Shown one piece after another: positions 39,018 through 48,889 of a stretch of DNA of 64,000 bases. Within the stretch, counting starts at the first letter, position 1, and each line of letters starts with the position of its first letter. The notes under the pieces are model-generated. The model had not been told where the DNA came from. It did no database searches and saw nothing but the letters and a program-made list of their open reading frames with translations. This stretch comes from Patescibacteria group bacterium. Lineage in GTDB: Bacteria > Patescibacteriota > Minisyncoccia > Phycocordibacterales > UBA918. The stretch lies in assembly GCA_019745315.1 (NCBI GenBank), contig JAIETH010000001.1:13049-77048 (forward strand). Reading direction: 5' to 3'. Both the position numbers and the translations under genes were made by a program.

Positions 39018-39195
39018 ATATGGTTTGAATAAATGCGATCAGCGTGGAAAGCCGGAGAGGTACCACAGAAGATGCTTCGGGTAAATGTGTAGGCAGAGTG
39101 TAACATATTAGCCTCATAGTTTGCCAGTTTGTCTAGGGTTACAAAAAATAAAATAAAAAACGCCGAAGATTTCTCTTCAGCGGTGCATGCTCTGG

Positions 39196-39534
39196 TTATC
39201 TCCTGGGGTGGCGATACCGAGGACGTTTTGTGGGCTTCTTGGTGGAGATATGCTGGATGGTCAGCATGACCCCGAGGCAGATCAGCTCGTTCATGAAGCC
39301 GCGATCGAGCTTCTTGTTGATGAGCTCGAGTCGCTTGATCTGCTGCTCGATTGCGCCCCGCAGGATGCTTGCCTCGTAGCCTTGGAGCTCCGATCGGCGA
39401 ATGAGTTCGCCGATCGTTCTGAGCCTCTCGGTGTCGCCTCGCGCCATGCCGAGTGCGCCGATCATGGCGGGCAGGGCAGTCAGTGAGGAGGTCGAGTTGC
39501 GCAACAAACGTTCGCGCGTCATGGGATGAGTCAT
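39196..39534 (-). CDS. GC-rich orphan protein, SD-led islet gene
   Basis: ACGGAGATCTG-ATG; GC-rich codons; basic C-terminal tail. Confidence 0.6.
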   Translation of the reverse strand: MTHPMTRERLLRNSTSSLTALPAMIGALGMARGDTERLRTIGELIRRSELQGYEASILRGAIEQQIKRLELINKKLDRGFMNELICLGVMLTIQHISTKKPTKRPRYRHPRR

Positions 39535-39669
39535 CAGATCTCCGTTGTGTACTACCTTTGACAGGGATCCGCCAAAGGAAAAATATTTTAATACAATAAA
39601 ACACTTATGTCAATAAATACAAGGTTAGTTTTTCGTATTTAATCAGTGAGGCTCTATAATAAGAAACAT

Positions 39670-40902
39670 ATGAGTTTTATTACTTCTATATCACGCATTC
39701 TGAAACCAGAGAGGATCTATCTCGATTATGCAGCTGCTACTCCTGTACGTGCTGAGGTGTTAAAGAAAATGACTCCGTTTCAGAGTGAGTCTTTTGCGAA
39801 TGCGAGTGCTATTTATAAAGAAGGTACCGATGCACGTCAGGCAATACAGCGTGCTCGCGCGCAGGTTGCAGGAGCTCTTCGTATTAAAAAAGAAGAGGTG
39901 TTTTTTGTGTCGGGCGGGACAGAGGCAAATAATATGGCGTTGGTAGGTTTCCTTGAGGCGCTTATAGATTCAGGAAGATCACTCGATACCTGTGAGGTTG
40001 TTACAACTGCACTCGAACACCCTTCGATTTTAGAAATCCTTAAGCAGTACCAACAGAAGGGTTTGAGAGTTGAGTATGCGCCGGTTGATGTTGATGGTCT
40101 CATTATTCACAGTGAATTTGAAAAGCTGTTGAGTGATAAAACAGTGCTTGTGACGTTCGCATATGCAAATAGTGAAATAGGGGTTGTACAAGATGTGAAA
40201 GCTATCACGCGAGCTGTGCGTGTATTCAAAAAAGAACATAAAACAGCGTTTCCGTACGTGCATCTTGATGCAAGTCAGGCGCCTTTGTATCTCTCATGTG
40301 CGTTTGATGCCCTAGGTGTCGACATGATGACGCTTGATGCAGGAAAGTTTTATGGTCCGAAAGGAGTGGGTATTTTTGCCAAGAAGCATGGGGTTCCGCA
40401 TGCGCCACTTATGCGGGGAGGCGATCAAGAGGGTGGTGTTCGTCCGGGTACTGAAAATGTTGCTGGTATTGTGGGGTGTGCTGAAGCATTTGGAATTGCA
40501 GTGCGGGACTATGAAGTACGCGCACAGAGAGTCGCCGCTATTAGAGAGTATTGTTTTAAAGAACTCTCAACTATTACTGGAGTAGTTATAAATGGCTCAC
40601 GTGACCAGCGTATTGCTAATAATGTAAATATTTCTATTCCAGGTATTGATGGGGAGTATGCTGCGGTGGTTTTGGATACTAACGGCATTGCAGTATCTAC
40701 CAAAAGTGCGTGCTCTGGCGCAACAGGAAGTGGTTCAAAAGTTATCTATGCACTTGGAGGAGATGATGCACGGGCGCTCTCTACACTTCGTATTACTCTC
40801 GGGGAAGAAACGACAAAACGAAATATTTTGAGACTTGTTCGCGTATTACAAAAGCATGTGACGCACATGCGAGAAACCATTGACCAAATCAATAAAAAGT
40901 GA
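39670..40902 (+). CDS. cysteine desulfurase (IscS/NifS family)
   Basis: IYLDYAA, SGGTEANN, KFYGPKG, RPGTEN, SACS. Confidence 0.93.
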   Translation: MSFITSISRILKPERIYLDYAAATPVRAEVLKKMTPFQSESFANASAIYKEGTDARQAIQRARAQVAGALRIKKEEVFFVSGGTEANNMALVGFLEALIDSGRSLDTCEVVTTALEHPSILEILKQYQQKGLRVEYAPVDVDGLIIHSEFEKLLSDKTVLVTFAYANSEIGVVQDVKAITRAVRVFKKEHKTAFPYVHLDASQAPLYLSCAFDALGVDMMTLDAGKFYGPKGVGIFAKKHGVPHAPLMRGGDQEGGVRPGTENVAGIVGCAEAFGIAVRDYEVRAQRVAAIREYCFKELSTITGVVINGSRDQRIANNVNISIPGIDGEYAAVVLDTNGIAVSTKSACSGATGSGSKVIYALGGDDARALSTLRITLGEETTKRNILRLVRVLQKHVTHMRETIDQINKK

Positions 40903-40978
40903 TACTATTTTATCGTAAAAGGCTACGCACTCCGTCCATTTGTTTCAAGCGAAGCCTCGTTTATAATTGAGAATAATC

Positions 40979-43663
40979 ATGCCTCCATTTCATAATTTCA
41001 CCTCAAAAGCAAAAGAAGCAATACGAAAAGCTCATGAGCTTGCTATTGAGCGTGGGCAGAATCACGTGAGTCCAGCCCACCTCCTTACCGCCCTCATGAC
41101 ACAGGATGAAACTCCTGTTATTTCTATTCTTGATCGTATCGATGTTGATATCGTCCTTTTGACTGATCTACTACTTGAGTCTATTGAGGGAGGCGATACA
41201 GCGCAGACTATTTCTCAATCATATCAACTCTATCTAACCCCAGATCTCGCGCAGACTCTTGAAGGAGCAGGGAAACTAGCTGAGCAACTTGCTGATGGGT
41301 ATATTGGCGTTGAGCATCTCTTTATCGCAGCTCTTGAGCACCCAGGGCCAACTATCGAAGTACTCAATCGCGCTGGTGTAGATAAGCGAAAGGTTCTTGC
41401 TGCGCTTAAAGAAGTGCGTGAGAGTAATGTGCAAGATGCACAACAGCCGAAAAAGTTTCGCGCGCTTGTAAAGTACACACGTAATCTCACTAAGCTTGCA
41501 CAAGATAATAAGCTTGATCCTGTTATCGGTCGCGATACTGAAATTCAGCGTGTGGTACAGATACTTTCTCGTCGTACAAAAAATAACCCTGTGTTGATTG
41601 GAGAAGCGGGAGTAGGAAAGACTGCAATTGCAGAAGGTTTGGCGCTCGCTATTGCGCAAGGTAACGTTCCTGAGTCTCTTAAAAATAAAGAGCTCCTTTC
41701 TCTCGACCTCGGTCTCCTTGTTGCAGGAACAAAATTCCGTGGAGAATTTGAAGAGCGCTTGAAAGCTATCATGAAAGAAGTGCAGCAAGCAGAAGGCTCA
41801 GTCATTCTCTTTATCGACGAGCTCCACACCATCGTAGGAGCAGGTGCTGCTGAGGGGGCAATTGATGCATCAAATATGATGAAGCCAGCGCTCGCACGCG
41901 GAGAGTTCCGTGTGATTGGCGCAACCACTCTTAAGGAGTATCAAAAATATATTGAACGCGATCCAGCCTTGACTCGTCGTTTCCAGCCTGTGTTTGTAAA
42001 TGAGCCATCAGAGGAAGATGCTATTGCAATTCTTCGTGGTATTTCAGAGAAGTATGAAATTTTCCACGGTGTTCGTATTACTGACGACGCAATTGTAGCG
42101 GCTGTTGAACTTTCAGCTCGCTATATCACTGATAGGTTCTTGCCTGACAAAGCAGTTGACCTTATCGACGAAGCAGCATCAGCTCTTCGTATTTCACTTG
42201 AAAATAAACCTATTGAACTTGCTGATGCTGATCGCAAAATTCGTCGTCTTGAAATTGAGCGTGAGGCTATGAAGAAAGAAGAAGAAATTATCGAAGATAA
42301 AAAGAAAGTACGTACGCGAACAAAAGAAATTGATGCAGAAATTGCAGAATTGAAACAGAAGACTATTAATCTTGAGACAAAGTGGAACAACGAACGCGAT
42401 ACACTAAATGAAATTCGCGGAATGAAGAAGGAGCTTGAAGAGTTGCGTCTTGAAGCAGAGTCTGCTGAAGTTGCAGCTGACTTAGCAAAAACTGCAGAAA
42501 TTCGCTATGGAAAAATTCCACTCTTGGAGCGCCGCCTTGAAGAAAAAACAGCACGTCTTAAGAAGCTTCAGCGCTCACAGAGACTTCTCCGTGAAGAGGT
42601 GATGGAAGAAGATATTGCAGGCGTTGTATCTCGCTGGACTGGAGTACCGGTTTCTCGCATGCTTGAAGCGGAGGCTGTAAAGCTTTCTCGTATGGAAGAA
42701 GTATTGAAGAGTCGTGTGGTAGGACAGGAAGACGCAGTTACGCGTATTGCTGACGCTGTGAAGCGATCTCGCGCCGGAATTGCTGACCCGAACCGACCGA
42801 TAGGATCATTCCTTTTCTTGGGGCCAACAGGTGTAGGGAAAACAGAGCTTTCAAAAGCGCTTGCTGAATTTATGTTTGCTGATGAAAGTGCTCTCGTGCG
42901 TATTGATATGTCTGAATACATGGAGCGTCATTCAGTATCAAAGATCATCGGTTCTCCTCCTGGATACGTAGGACACGAAGAGGGAGGATCTATTACTGAA
43001 ATTGTTCGTCACAGACCATATGCGGTTATTCTCCTTGATGAGATTGAAAAAGCGCATCCTGAAGTATTTAACATTCTCCTTCAAGTACTTGATTCTGGTC
43101 ACCTCACTGACGCAAAGGGTCGCAAAGTTAACTTCAAGAATACCGTCATCATCATGACGTCAAATATTGGAGCAGAACACATTGACCGCATGTCAAAGCT
43201 TGGCTTTGCTGCAGAATCAACGGTTGCAACGCAGTACACTCAAGCGAAAGATAAAGTGATGAATAGTTTGAAGAACTACTTCCGACCAGAATTCCTTAAT
43301 CGTCTTGATGAAATTATTGTCTTCGATATTCTTGCACCTCACGTAATAAAAGATATTGTGCGTAAGCAGATTGATATTGTGGGCGCACGACTCTTGCAGA
43401 AAGAAGTTGAGCTCACGCTTTCAGAAGAAGTGTACGAGTATCTTGCGGAAAAAGGATATAACCCTCAGTATGGAGCGCGCCCACTCAAGCGTTTGATTCA
43501 GACAAAGATTTTGACACCAGTTGCGTCAATGATGATTTCTGAAGGAATGCTCAAAGGAGGAAAGGTAAGTGTGTCATTGAAAGGTGACGAATTTAAATTT
43601 GATGTAAAAAAGAAGCATGCACCGAAAGCTCGATCGCGTGTAGCTGCTGAAGCTCTGGTGTAA
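40979..43663 (+). CDS. clpB: ATP-dependent chaperone ClpB
   Basis: Two AAA+ domains ([16 protein letters not shown]), long middle coiled coil, YGARPLKR. Confidence 0.93.
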   Translation: MPPFHNFTSKAKEAIRKAHELAIERGQNHVSPAHLLTALMTQDETPVISILDRIDVDIVLLTDLLLESIEGGDTAQTISQSYQLYLTPDLAQTLEGAGKLAEQLADGYIGVEHLFIAALEHPGPTIEVLNRAGVDKRKVLAALKEVRESNVQDAQQPKKFRALVKYTRNLTKLAQDNKLDPVIGRDTEIQRVVQILSRRTKNNPVLIGEAGVGKTAIAEGLALAIAQGNVPESLKNKELLSLDLGLLVAGTKFRGEFEERLKAIMKEVQQAEGSVILFIDELHTIVGAGAAEGAIDASNMMKPALARGEFRVIGATTLKEYQKYIERDPALTRRFQPVFVNEPSEEDAIAILRGISEKYEIFHGVRITDDAIVAAVELSARYITDRFLPDKAVDLIDEAASALRISLENKPIELADADRKIRRLEIEREAMKKEEEIIEDKKKVRTRTKEIDAEIAELKQKTINLETKWNNERDTLNEIRGMKKELEELRLEAESAEVAADLAKTAEIRYGKIPLLERRLEEKTARLKKLQRSQRLLREEVMEEDIAGVVSRWTGVPVSRMLEAEAVKLSRMEEVLKSRVVGQEDAVTRIADAVKRSRAGIADPNRPIGSFLFLGPTGVGKTELSKALAEFMFADESALVRIDMSEYMERHSVSKIIGSPPGYVGHEEGGSITEIVRHRPYAVILLDEIEKAHPEVFNILLQVLDSGHLTDAKGRKVNFKNTVIIMTSNIGAEHIDRMSKLGFAAESTVATQYTQAKDKVMNSLKNYFRPEFLNRLDEIIVFDILAPHVIKDIVRKQIDIVGARLLQKEVELTLSEEVYEYLAEKGYNPQYGARPLKRLIQTKILTPVASMMISEGMLKGGKVSVSLKGDEFKFDVKKKHAPKARSRVAAEALV

Positions 43664-43671
43664 CAAGAAGT

Positions 43672-43720
43672 AAATAAGGTACAAAAAAATACGCACTGCG
43701 TATTTTTTTGTACCTTATTT
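43672..43720. terminator. bidirectional terminator
   Basis: AAATAAGGTACAAAAAAATACGCA-C-TGCGTATTTTTTTGTACCTTATTT. Confidence 0.8.
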
Positions 43721-44143
43721 TGTATCGGGTTTGTGTATTCCTGCAACTTTAAAATTTATATAGAGATTCATAAGGTAATTCCATATACCAACAAATCCTG
43801 CAATACCAATTCGACTTACCAGATAGTTCCATTCGAGGATGGTTGTCATGATATACATAAGCCCCATTATGACTAGCAGTCCAGTTGTTCCTATTGTCAG
43901 AAAGGCTACGTAGGTACGAGCAATAGTCTGTTGTGTTTCTGGAAATACAATCCTTCGAACAATAAAATATTGAATTGATGTCGCAATAACAAATGCAATT
44001 CCTGCTGCAATTACCTGGTTTTGAGAAAAAACATCAACCAGTATAAAAAGAAGAAGGAGGTCAAAGCCAAATGCGGTACTGCTGATGAGAGTGTATTTCG
44101 CAAAGCGTTTAATGCTTGCGACTCGTTCATGGCTCAATATCAT
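43715..44143 (-). CDS. GtrA family membrane protein
   Basis: Four TMs; RFAKY, WNYLMN. Confidence 0.85.
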   Translation of the reverse strand: MILSHERVASIKRFAKYTLISSTAFGFDLLLLFILVDVFSQNQVIAAGIAFVIATSIQYFIVRRIVFPETQQTIARTYVAFLTIGTTGLLVIMGLMYIMTTILEWNYLVSRIGIAGFVGIWNYLMNLYINFKVAGIHKPDTK

Positions 44144-44205
44144 ATGTGTACTATATCAGGGAGAGGTATGGAATAAAAAACACCAGTCCAGTATGGTGTT
44201 TAATG

Positions 44206-44568
44206 TTAGAACAAGTCAGGTGGCTGAAAGCAGTAGATCTGCACCGTTCCGTCTGTATATATCGTATAGAAAACAATGGCGTGTCCCGCAAAAGGTGATG
44301 GGTCGTCCGGTTTCGGATCGAGCATTCGGTTGGCTGGCACGGTATGCCAGGTGTTTCTGATGCGCACTTGGTACGACCTGTCTGGTGCGATGCGCCACTC
44401 AACATCGGTGAGTACGTGTAGATCATACAGCGCGCAGCACTTGGTGTTGTCGAGGGCGCGCTGTCTATCGAGCCACTCATTGTGAGCAGAATGATCGATA
44501 TGTGCGTGCGTTGTGTGTGCCGCAAGTGTAGTTACAAGGATCAAGAGCCAAAGAAGAATGCGCAACAT
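44206..44568 (-). CDS. secreted Cys-containing orphan protein, SD-led islet gene
   Basis: AACCCAAAACGGAGG SD; signal peptide, KCC...YCFQP. Confidence 0.7.
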   Translation of the reverse strand: MLRILLWLLILVTTLAAHTTHAHIDHSAHNEWLDRQRALDNTKCCALYDLHVLTDVEWRIAPDRSYQVRIRNTWHTVPANRMLDPKPDDPSPFAGHAIVFYTIYTDGTVQIYCFQPPDLF

Positions 44569-44673
44569 GTCACGTCCTCCGTTTTGGGTTGCCTGTGTAC
44601 GAGTGTACTCGCTTATTTTGGAAATGCAAAAGTGATAAAGCTGTATATAAAAAAACCAGCTATCAAGCTGGAT

Positions 44674-45285
44674 CTAGGTTGCGTAGGAGGCAATCGCCTC
44701 TCGTATTTTTTCTTCCATCAGAACAGCATATTCCGCCCACGTACCACCAGCATCTTTAAGTGCTGTGATCAGGAGGGGGATGTGATACATCGTCGTTTCT
44801 TCTATCTGAGTCGCTCGCTTTTCTGCTGAACAGGCGCTCATTGTGCGGAGGTTGTGGAGTCGGTCTGCGAGTTTCGCAAACACAGCCCGAGGTCCTCGCG
44901 CGATAACTCTCCCGAGATATTCTTCCGTCGTCTCTTTTCCTTTCGGAAGTTTTGTGAGAGCGCGAAGGTCTTCAGCACGTTCCGTGCCGAAATTCATCGC
45001 TGTTCGATACGGCGAAAGCAGATAGGTGTCTTCGGGAAGGTCATGCAGGAGGATATTGATAATCACCTCCGGATCTCTTCCATTAAATTCGGAGATATAG
45101 ATCCATGCCGCTGCCTTCGGGTGATCGAAGTATCGCGTACCATCTTCTCGCTGTACGCCGCTGTGGCCGTACTTTGAAATAAGGTACGCAAACTGTACTC
45201 GCTCGTATATCGTGGGGTCGAACGCAATTTGAAGTGGAGCAAAAAAGAGCTCATACCCCGGAGGGCGTTTCTGCCACTGTTTCAT
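44674..45285 (-). CDS. HD-domain (p)ppGpp hydrolase-like protein (small alarmone hydrolase), SD-led
   Basis: HSGVQREDG..YFDHP, LLHDLPEDT, LTK, KLADRLHNLRT; AGGGAG SD. Confidence 0.85.
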   Translation of the reverse strand: MKQWQKRPPGYELFFAPLQIAFDPTIYERVQFAYLISKYGHSGVQREDGTRYFDHPKAAAWIYISEFNGRDPEVIINILLHDLPEDTYLLSPYRTAMNFGTERAEDLRALTKLPKGKETTEEYLGRVIARGPRAVFAKLADRLHNLRTMSACSAEKRATQIEETTMYHIPLLITALKDAGGTWAEYAVLMEEKIREAIASYAT

Positions 45286-45459
45286 TTCCGTGTCTCCCTG
45301 TAAAAGAACGGGTAGGTGCTTTTGAGCACTCTATATTCAAGAGTAGTTAAACATTTCTCAATCGCAAAAGCTAATTTGAATAACGGTATCTCTATATAGA
45401 TTAAAAATAAAAAACTCGAGAGCAAAGCCAAAATGACTTCTTCTTTCGAGTTGTGGTGG

Positions 45460-45981
45460 CTATGCGGCGAGCTCCATCTCGCCACGTTCCGGATGCCACA
45501 TCCGGAGGGGAACGAGCGATGGCCGGACGCGCAGTCGTTCGACCGCCGCCTCAGCTTCGCGTTGGTTGAAGATGAAAAGCGTGACCGGCAAGAAGCTCGT
45601 CGTCATCGCGGTGTGGATGCTCGCCGCATTTGCGCCATCACGCCGCCCGACGCGACCAGTGCCGATCTGCACGATCGAGTGCTTGCGTGCATGTGATTCC
45701 GGCTGCTGCCACAGGTAGTCCATACCGAAGCGTACGTGCATATCAGCTCCGACCCAGCCGCCGGACCCCAGGTGGTGGCAGATAATCATGTGAAGCAAGC
45801 GGCGGTCATCGAACTTGAAGCTGAGGACAGACCCCAAGTTGACGGGGTTGGCGGCGGTGATCCGTTCAATGAACGGACGTCCGATCCCAACCACATCCTG
45901 GAGCCTGCTGTTCATGCCGATGACGATATCGGCAGGATTTTCGCTGGAGGTGATATCTCCAGTGACGATGTCGGTGATCAT
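45460..45981 (-). CDS. macro-domain-like GC-rich protein, SD-led
   Basis: IVTGDIT...IVIGMN...GIG...IGTGRVG; AGGGAG SD; TTGACT-16-TACTCT promoter at 46014-46041. Confidence 0.55.
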   Translation of the reverse strand: MITDIVTGDITSSENPADIVIGMNSRLQDVVGIGRPFIERITAANPVNLGSVLSFKFDDRRLLHMIICHHLGSGGWVGADMHVRFGMDYLWQQPESHARKHSIVQIGTGRVGRRDGANAASIHTAMTTSFLPVTLFIFNQREAEAAVERLRVRPSLVPLRMWHPERGEMELAA

Positions 45982-46129
45982 TGACCGTCTCCCTGTTGTT
46001 GGTGGTCGAACGTAGAGTATCTGAATTAGAGTCAAAGTCAATTTATTGAAAAAGCTAACATTATCTCTATTAAATAAAAAATCCCACATACGTTTGGTAT
46101 GTGGGTTGGCAATTGTGCACGGCTTCACG

Positions 46130-46636
46130 TTATGTTTTTTGGAAGTTGTAGATGGGGTTCACGCCATCTCTCCATCCGATTACTTGCGGATTATTCGGGT
46201 CTGCGATTTCTATGCCGCGAGGATAGAAGACGCAGGCCATCCAGCCCGCCGAAAAGGGAACTCGTCTCGGAAATACGACACACAGAAGCTTGTCGCCTTC
46301 GTCGCTGTGAAGTGCTTGCGATCCACCGATTTCGTTGAACAGGAACATGTTGAGATTGAGATTTGTCGGAACCCAGCCCCATTTTTTCATAAGCCCATGC
46401 CGTTGCCACGTATGGCACGATTCAAACTCTCCGACCCTGAAAAGTCCCTCCTTCATGCGAAACATCACATTCTTGACGCGAGTATGGATGATCGCGTCCT
46501 TCGGTTTGTAGAAAATATCCCACACCGAACACGGGTTGAAGAGGTCGAGCTGGAGCATCCCGTACATGTTGTACGGAAGACCATACTGCTCCAGGGAAGC
46601 CATGAGGAGTTGAGTCCTCAATACACCTGCGTTCAT
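46130..46636 (-). CDS. orphan protein, SD-led islet gene
   Basis: GAGGGGG SD 9 nt before ATG; TTGACG upstream. Confidence 0.55.
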   Translation of the reverse strand: MNAGVLRTQLLMASLEQYGLPYNMYGMLQLDLFNPCSVWDIFYKPKDAIIHTRVKNVMFRMKEGLFRVGEFESCHTWQRHGLMKKWGWVPTNLNLNMFLFNEIGGSQALHSDEGDKLLCVVFPRRVPFSAGWMACVFYPRGIEIADPNNPQVIGWRDGVNPIYNFQKT

Positions 46637-46798
46637 AAGCTTATTCCCCCTCAGGAATGTTCTGCGCTATTGCGCAACCGTTTGCATATAAACACATTTT
46701 TTATAATACGTCAATAATACGCTGAAGGAGAAATATCTTTCTAATTTGTTACGCACAAGCCTTCACGCATGAGCTTGTTATGAGGCTATACTTATACT

Positions 46799-47521
46799 AT
46801 GAAAACGAAAGCGGCGCGGTTGTTTGTGGTATTGCTTGGATTATATCTTTTTCTGTTTAATATTTTTCTTACACTTGCAAGCATTGGAGATACAAACAGT
46901 ATGGCCATTGCTGCTATGGTGTGGGGACTGATGATTGTATGGATTGTATGCGCAGGTGCACTTATGTATATCTTTCGCGATCGTATACGTAGTGTTGTGC
47001 AGTGTATACCGCTTCCGTGGCAGGTGACGTTTGTGCTTGGTGCAACAGCACTCGCGCTGATAGAAGAAGCTGTAACTGTTTCACTTACTAATATGGCGCC
47101 ACTCTTTGGTGCTGTAGCAGGAGAGGCGTATATAACTGCAACTACAAATTATGTAGATCTCGTACTATTTCATAGCGTCATTATTTTTATTCCTCTATTT
47201 ATCGCGTGGTCTATTGTCCTTTCAAAGTATCGTTTCAGTCCTTTTTCAGTCTTTCTTCTTTTTGGTATTACAGGAATTCTCTGCGAGATATCGTTTGGTG
47301 GCCCACAGCAAGTTCTAGGGTTTGCACAATGGATTTTTGTGTACGGACTTATGATATATCTGCCAGCATATTCAATTCCAGATAATCGAAATGCAAAAAC
47401 AGTGAGGCTCTGGCATTACGTCGCAGCTATTCCCGCAACGCTCCTAATTGCGCTCCCAATGCTTATACCTATCGTATATGTCATCACAAAGATATTACAG
47501 CACCCAAGTATTCATTTTTAG
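46799..47521 (+). CDS. multi-pass membrane protein
   Basis: About 7 TMs with an EE motif; TATACT 6 nt before ATG. Confidence 0.7.
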   Translation: MKTKAARLFVVLLGLYLFLFNIFLTLASIGDTNSMAIAAMVWGLMIVWIVCAGALMYIFRDRIRSVVQCIPLPWQVTFVLGATALALIEEAVTVSLTNMAPLFGAVAGEAYITATTNYVDLVLFHSVIIFIPLFIAWSIVLSKYRFSPFSVFLLFGITGILCEISFGGPQQVLGFAQWIFVYGLMIYLPAYSIPDNRNAKTVRLWHYVAAIPATLLIALPMLIPIVYVITKILQHPSIHF

Positions 47522-47573
47522 TTAATGGTGTGTGAGGTAGAAAAAATAAAAAACAGGAAGGGTATTCCTGTTG

Positions 47574-47783
47574 TTATGATTCTCGCACAGTGATGTACTC
47601 AAGATCTTCGGGTATGAAGCCGAGATCTTTCCAGGTCACAGTGCCGCTTGCCACGAGTCCTTCGACTTCGTTTCGGAAGTCTCGAAGGGATGTGGGGAGA
47701 GGAGGGCATCCGCGCATAGTGCGGTACTCCTCTTGAAGCAATAGAGCATCGGTAGGCAGCTCGTTGGGAATCATACCGCTCAT
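47574..47783 (-). CDS. small orphan protein, SD-led islet gene
   Basis: GAGGTG-CAAAA-ATG; raised GC. Confidence 0.5.
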   Translation of the reverse strand: MSGMIPNELPTDALLLQEEYRTMRGCPPLPTSLRDFRNEVEGLVASGTVTWKDLGFIPEDLEYITVRES

Positions 47784-47900
47784 TTTTGCACCTCGACCAA
47801 TGTCCTTGAGAACTCTATCATTTCGTTTTTATGATGAAAAGTATGTCGTGAGTTGTAATAGTCTAATGGGACACTACGCTTTGTGTTACTATTTAAATAT

Positions 47901-48632
47901 ATGAAAAAATACCTTATAGCTATTTGTGGATTAATAATAACTTGTATTTTATTGGTCATTTCTTACATCACATATACAAAAAGCGAATTATTGGAGGATA
48001 CGGATAAAGCTTCGGTAACTGTAGTAGATGATAAGGTTCCTACTTCAGCTAAAAGTGACATTGTAGAAACAAATAAAATTCAAAAAACTGATACTAGCAA
48101 ACAAAATGTAGTAACTGCAGCAACTGATACAAGTAAACCAGTTGAAAACAAGGTTCAAGTATTACCTCAAAATACTACGAACGTACTAACCGTGGCTAAG
48201 ATTTCTCCTGATTCAAATTTTGTTATTTCACAAAGCTCAGATATTGAGCCAAAACAAATACCTTTTAAAGTTTTTACAAATTTAGCTCAATCTTCGGTTA
48301 ATGATTATCAATATTGTGTTTCGATCTTAAAAGACGGAACAAGAGCTTCAGAGACTGATTGTGCAAAATTAGATAAGAATCTAGAAATTGATACAAAAAT
48401 TGGTATAACTGATTTAAATTTGGCACCTTATCCAGTAACAGATACGTATCCTGAGGGTGGTTATATTTCAATTGGAGATAATCAACTTGAAATCATGGTG
48501 GCTTTGGTAAAAGACGACCCTAATTTAGTTTATAAAATATCGGGCGATACTTCTCAAAATATGAAAGTTTTAATGGACAGTGCATTAACTATAGAAAAAA
48601 CCGGTGTCTTCACGCTAACTGTTACAAAATAA
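47901..48632 (+). CDS. AT-rich membrane-anchored hypothetical protein
   Basis: N-terminal TM, Thr/Lys-rich linker. Confidence 0.65.
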   Translation: MKKYLIAICGLIITCILLVISYITYTKSELLEDTDKASVTVVDDKVPTSAKSDIVETNKIQKTDTSKQNVVTAATDTSKPVENKVQVLPQNTTNVLTVAKISPDSNFVISQSSDIEPKQIPFKVFTNLAQSSVNDYQYCVSILKDGTRASETDCAKLDKNLEIDTKIGITDLNLAPYPVTDTYPEGGYISIGDNQLEIMVALVKDDPNLVYKISGDTSQNMKVLMDSALTIEKTGVFTLTVTK

Positions 48633-48718
48633 ATCTAAAGCCTTCTGTAATCGTAGTTCTGGTTTCGAGTTTTTAAATTTTCCTATAAAAATACCACTGC
48701 AAAGTAATAATACTTTTT

Positions 48719-48889
48719 TGTGCGCCGGGAAGAAATTTTGATCCTTACAGGATCTGTACACCTTTCGTATTTTCTCAAAGCAAAGCTTCTCGAAAATATA
48801 CTCAAGGTCTTCAAATCCTTCACAGAAGCAAAATTATTTGCTTCTTCCGGTGCACATTTTAAAAGCACCCATTAGGGTGCCTTAAAATG
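48719..48889. repeat. family-A element with copies of the tRNA-Tyr 3' end
   Basis: TGTGCGCCGGGAAG at 48719-48732 repeats 48888-48901; CTTACAG and GTACACCTT...CAAGGT core. Confidence 0.75.

Noticed and set aside
4140-43746. Long antisense or alternate-frame ORFs over ftsZ, rpsA, gyrA, infB, clpB
   Set aside because: Shadow frames of conserved genes.
46046-46717. 223-aa plus-strand ORF
   Set aside because: Antisense to 46130-46636, which has an SD and a promoter; it has a TTG start and no motifs. Rejection is moderately confident only.
3826-48889. Hairpin elements as integron attC sites or CRISPR repeats
   Set aside because: No RYYYAAC/GTTRRRY ends, no IntI or cas genes, and no regular repeat-spacer period.
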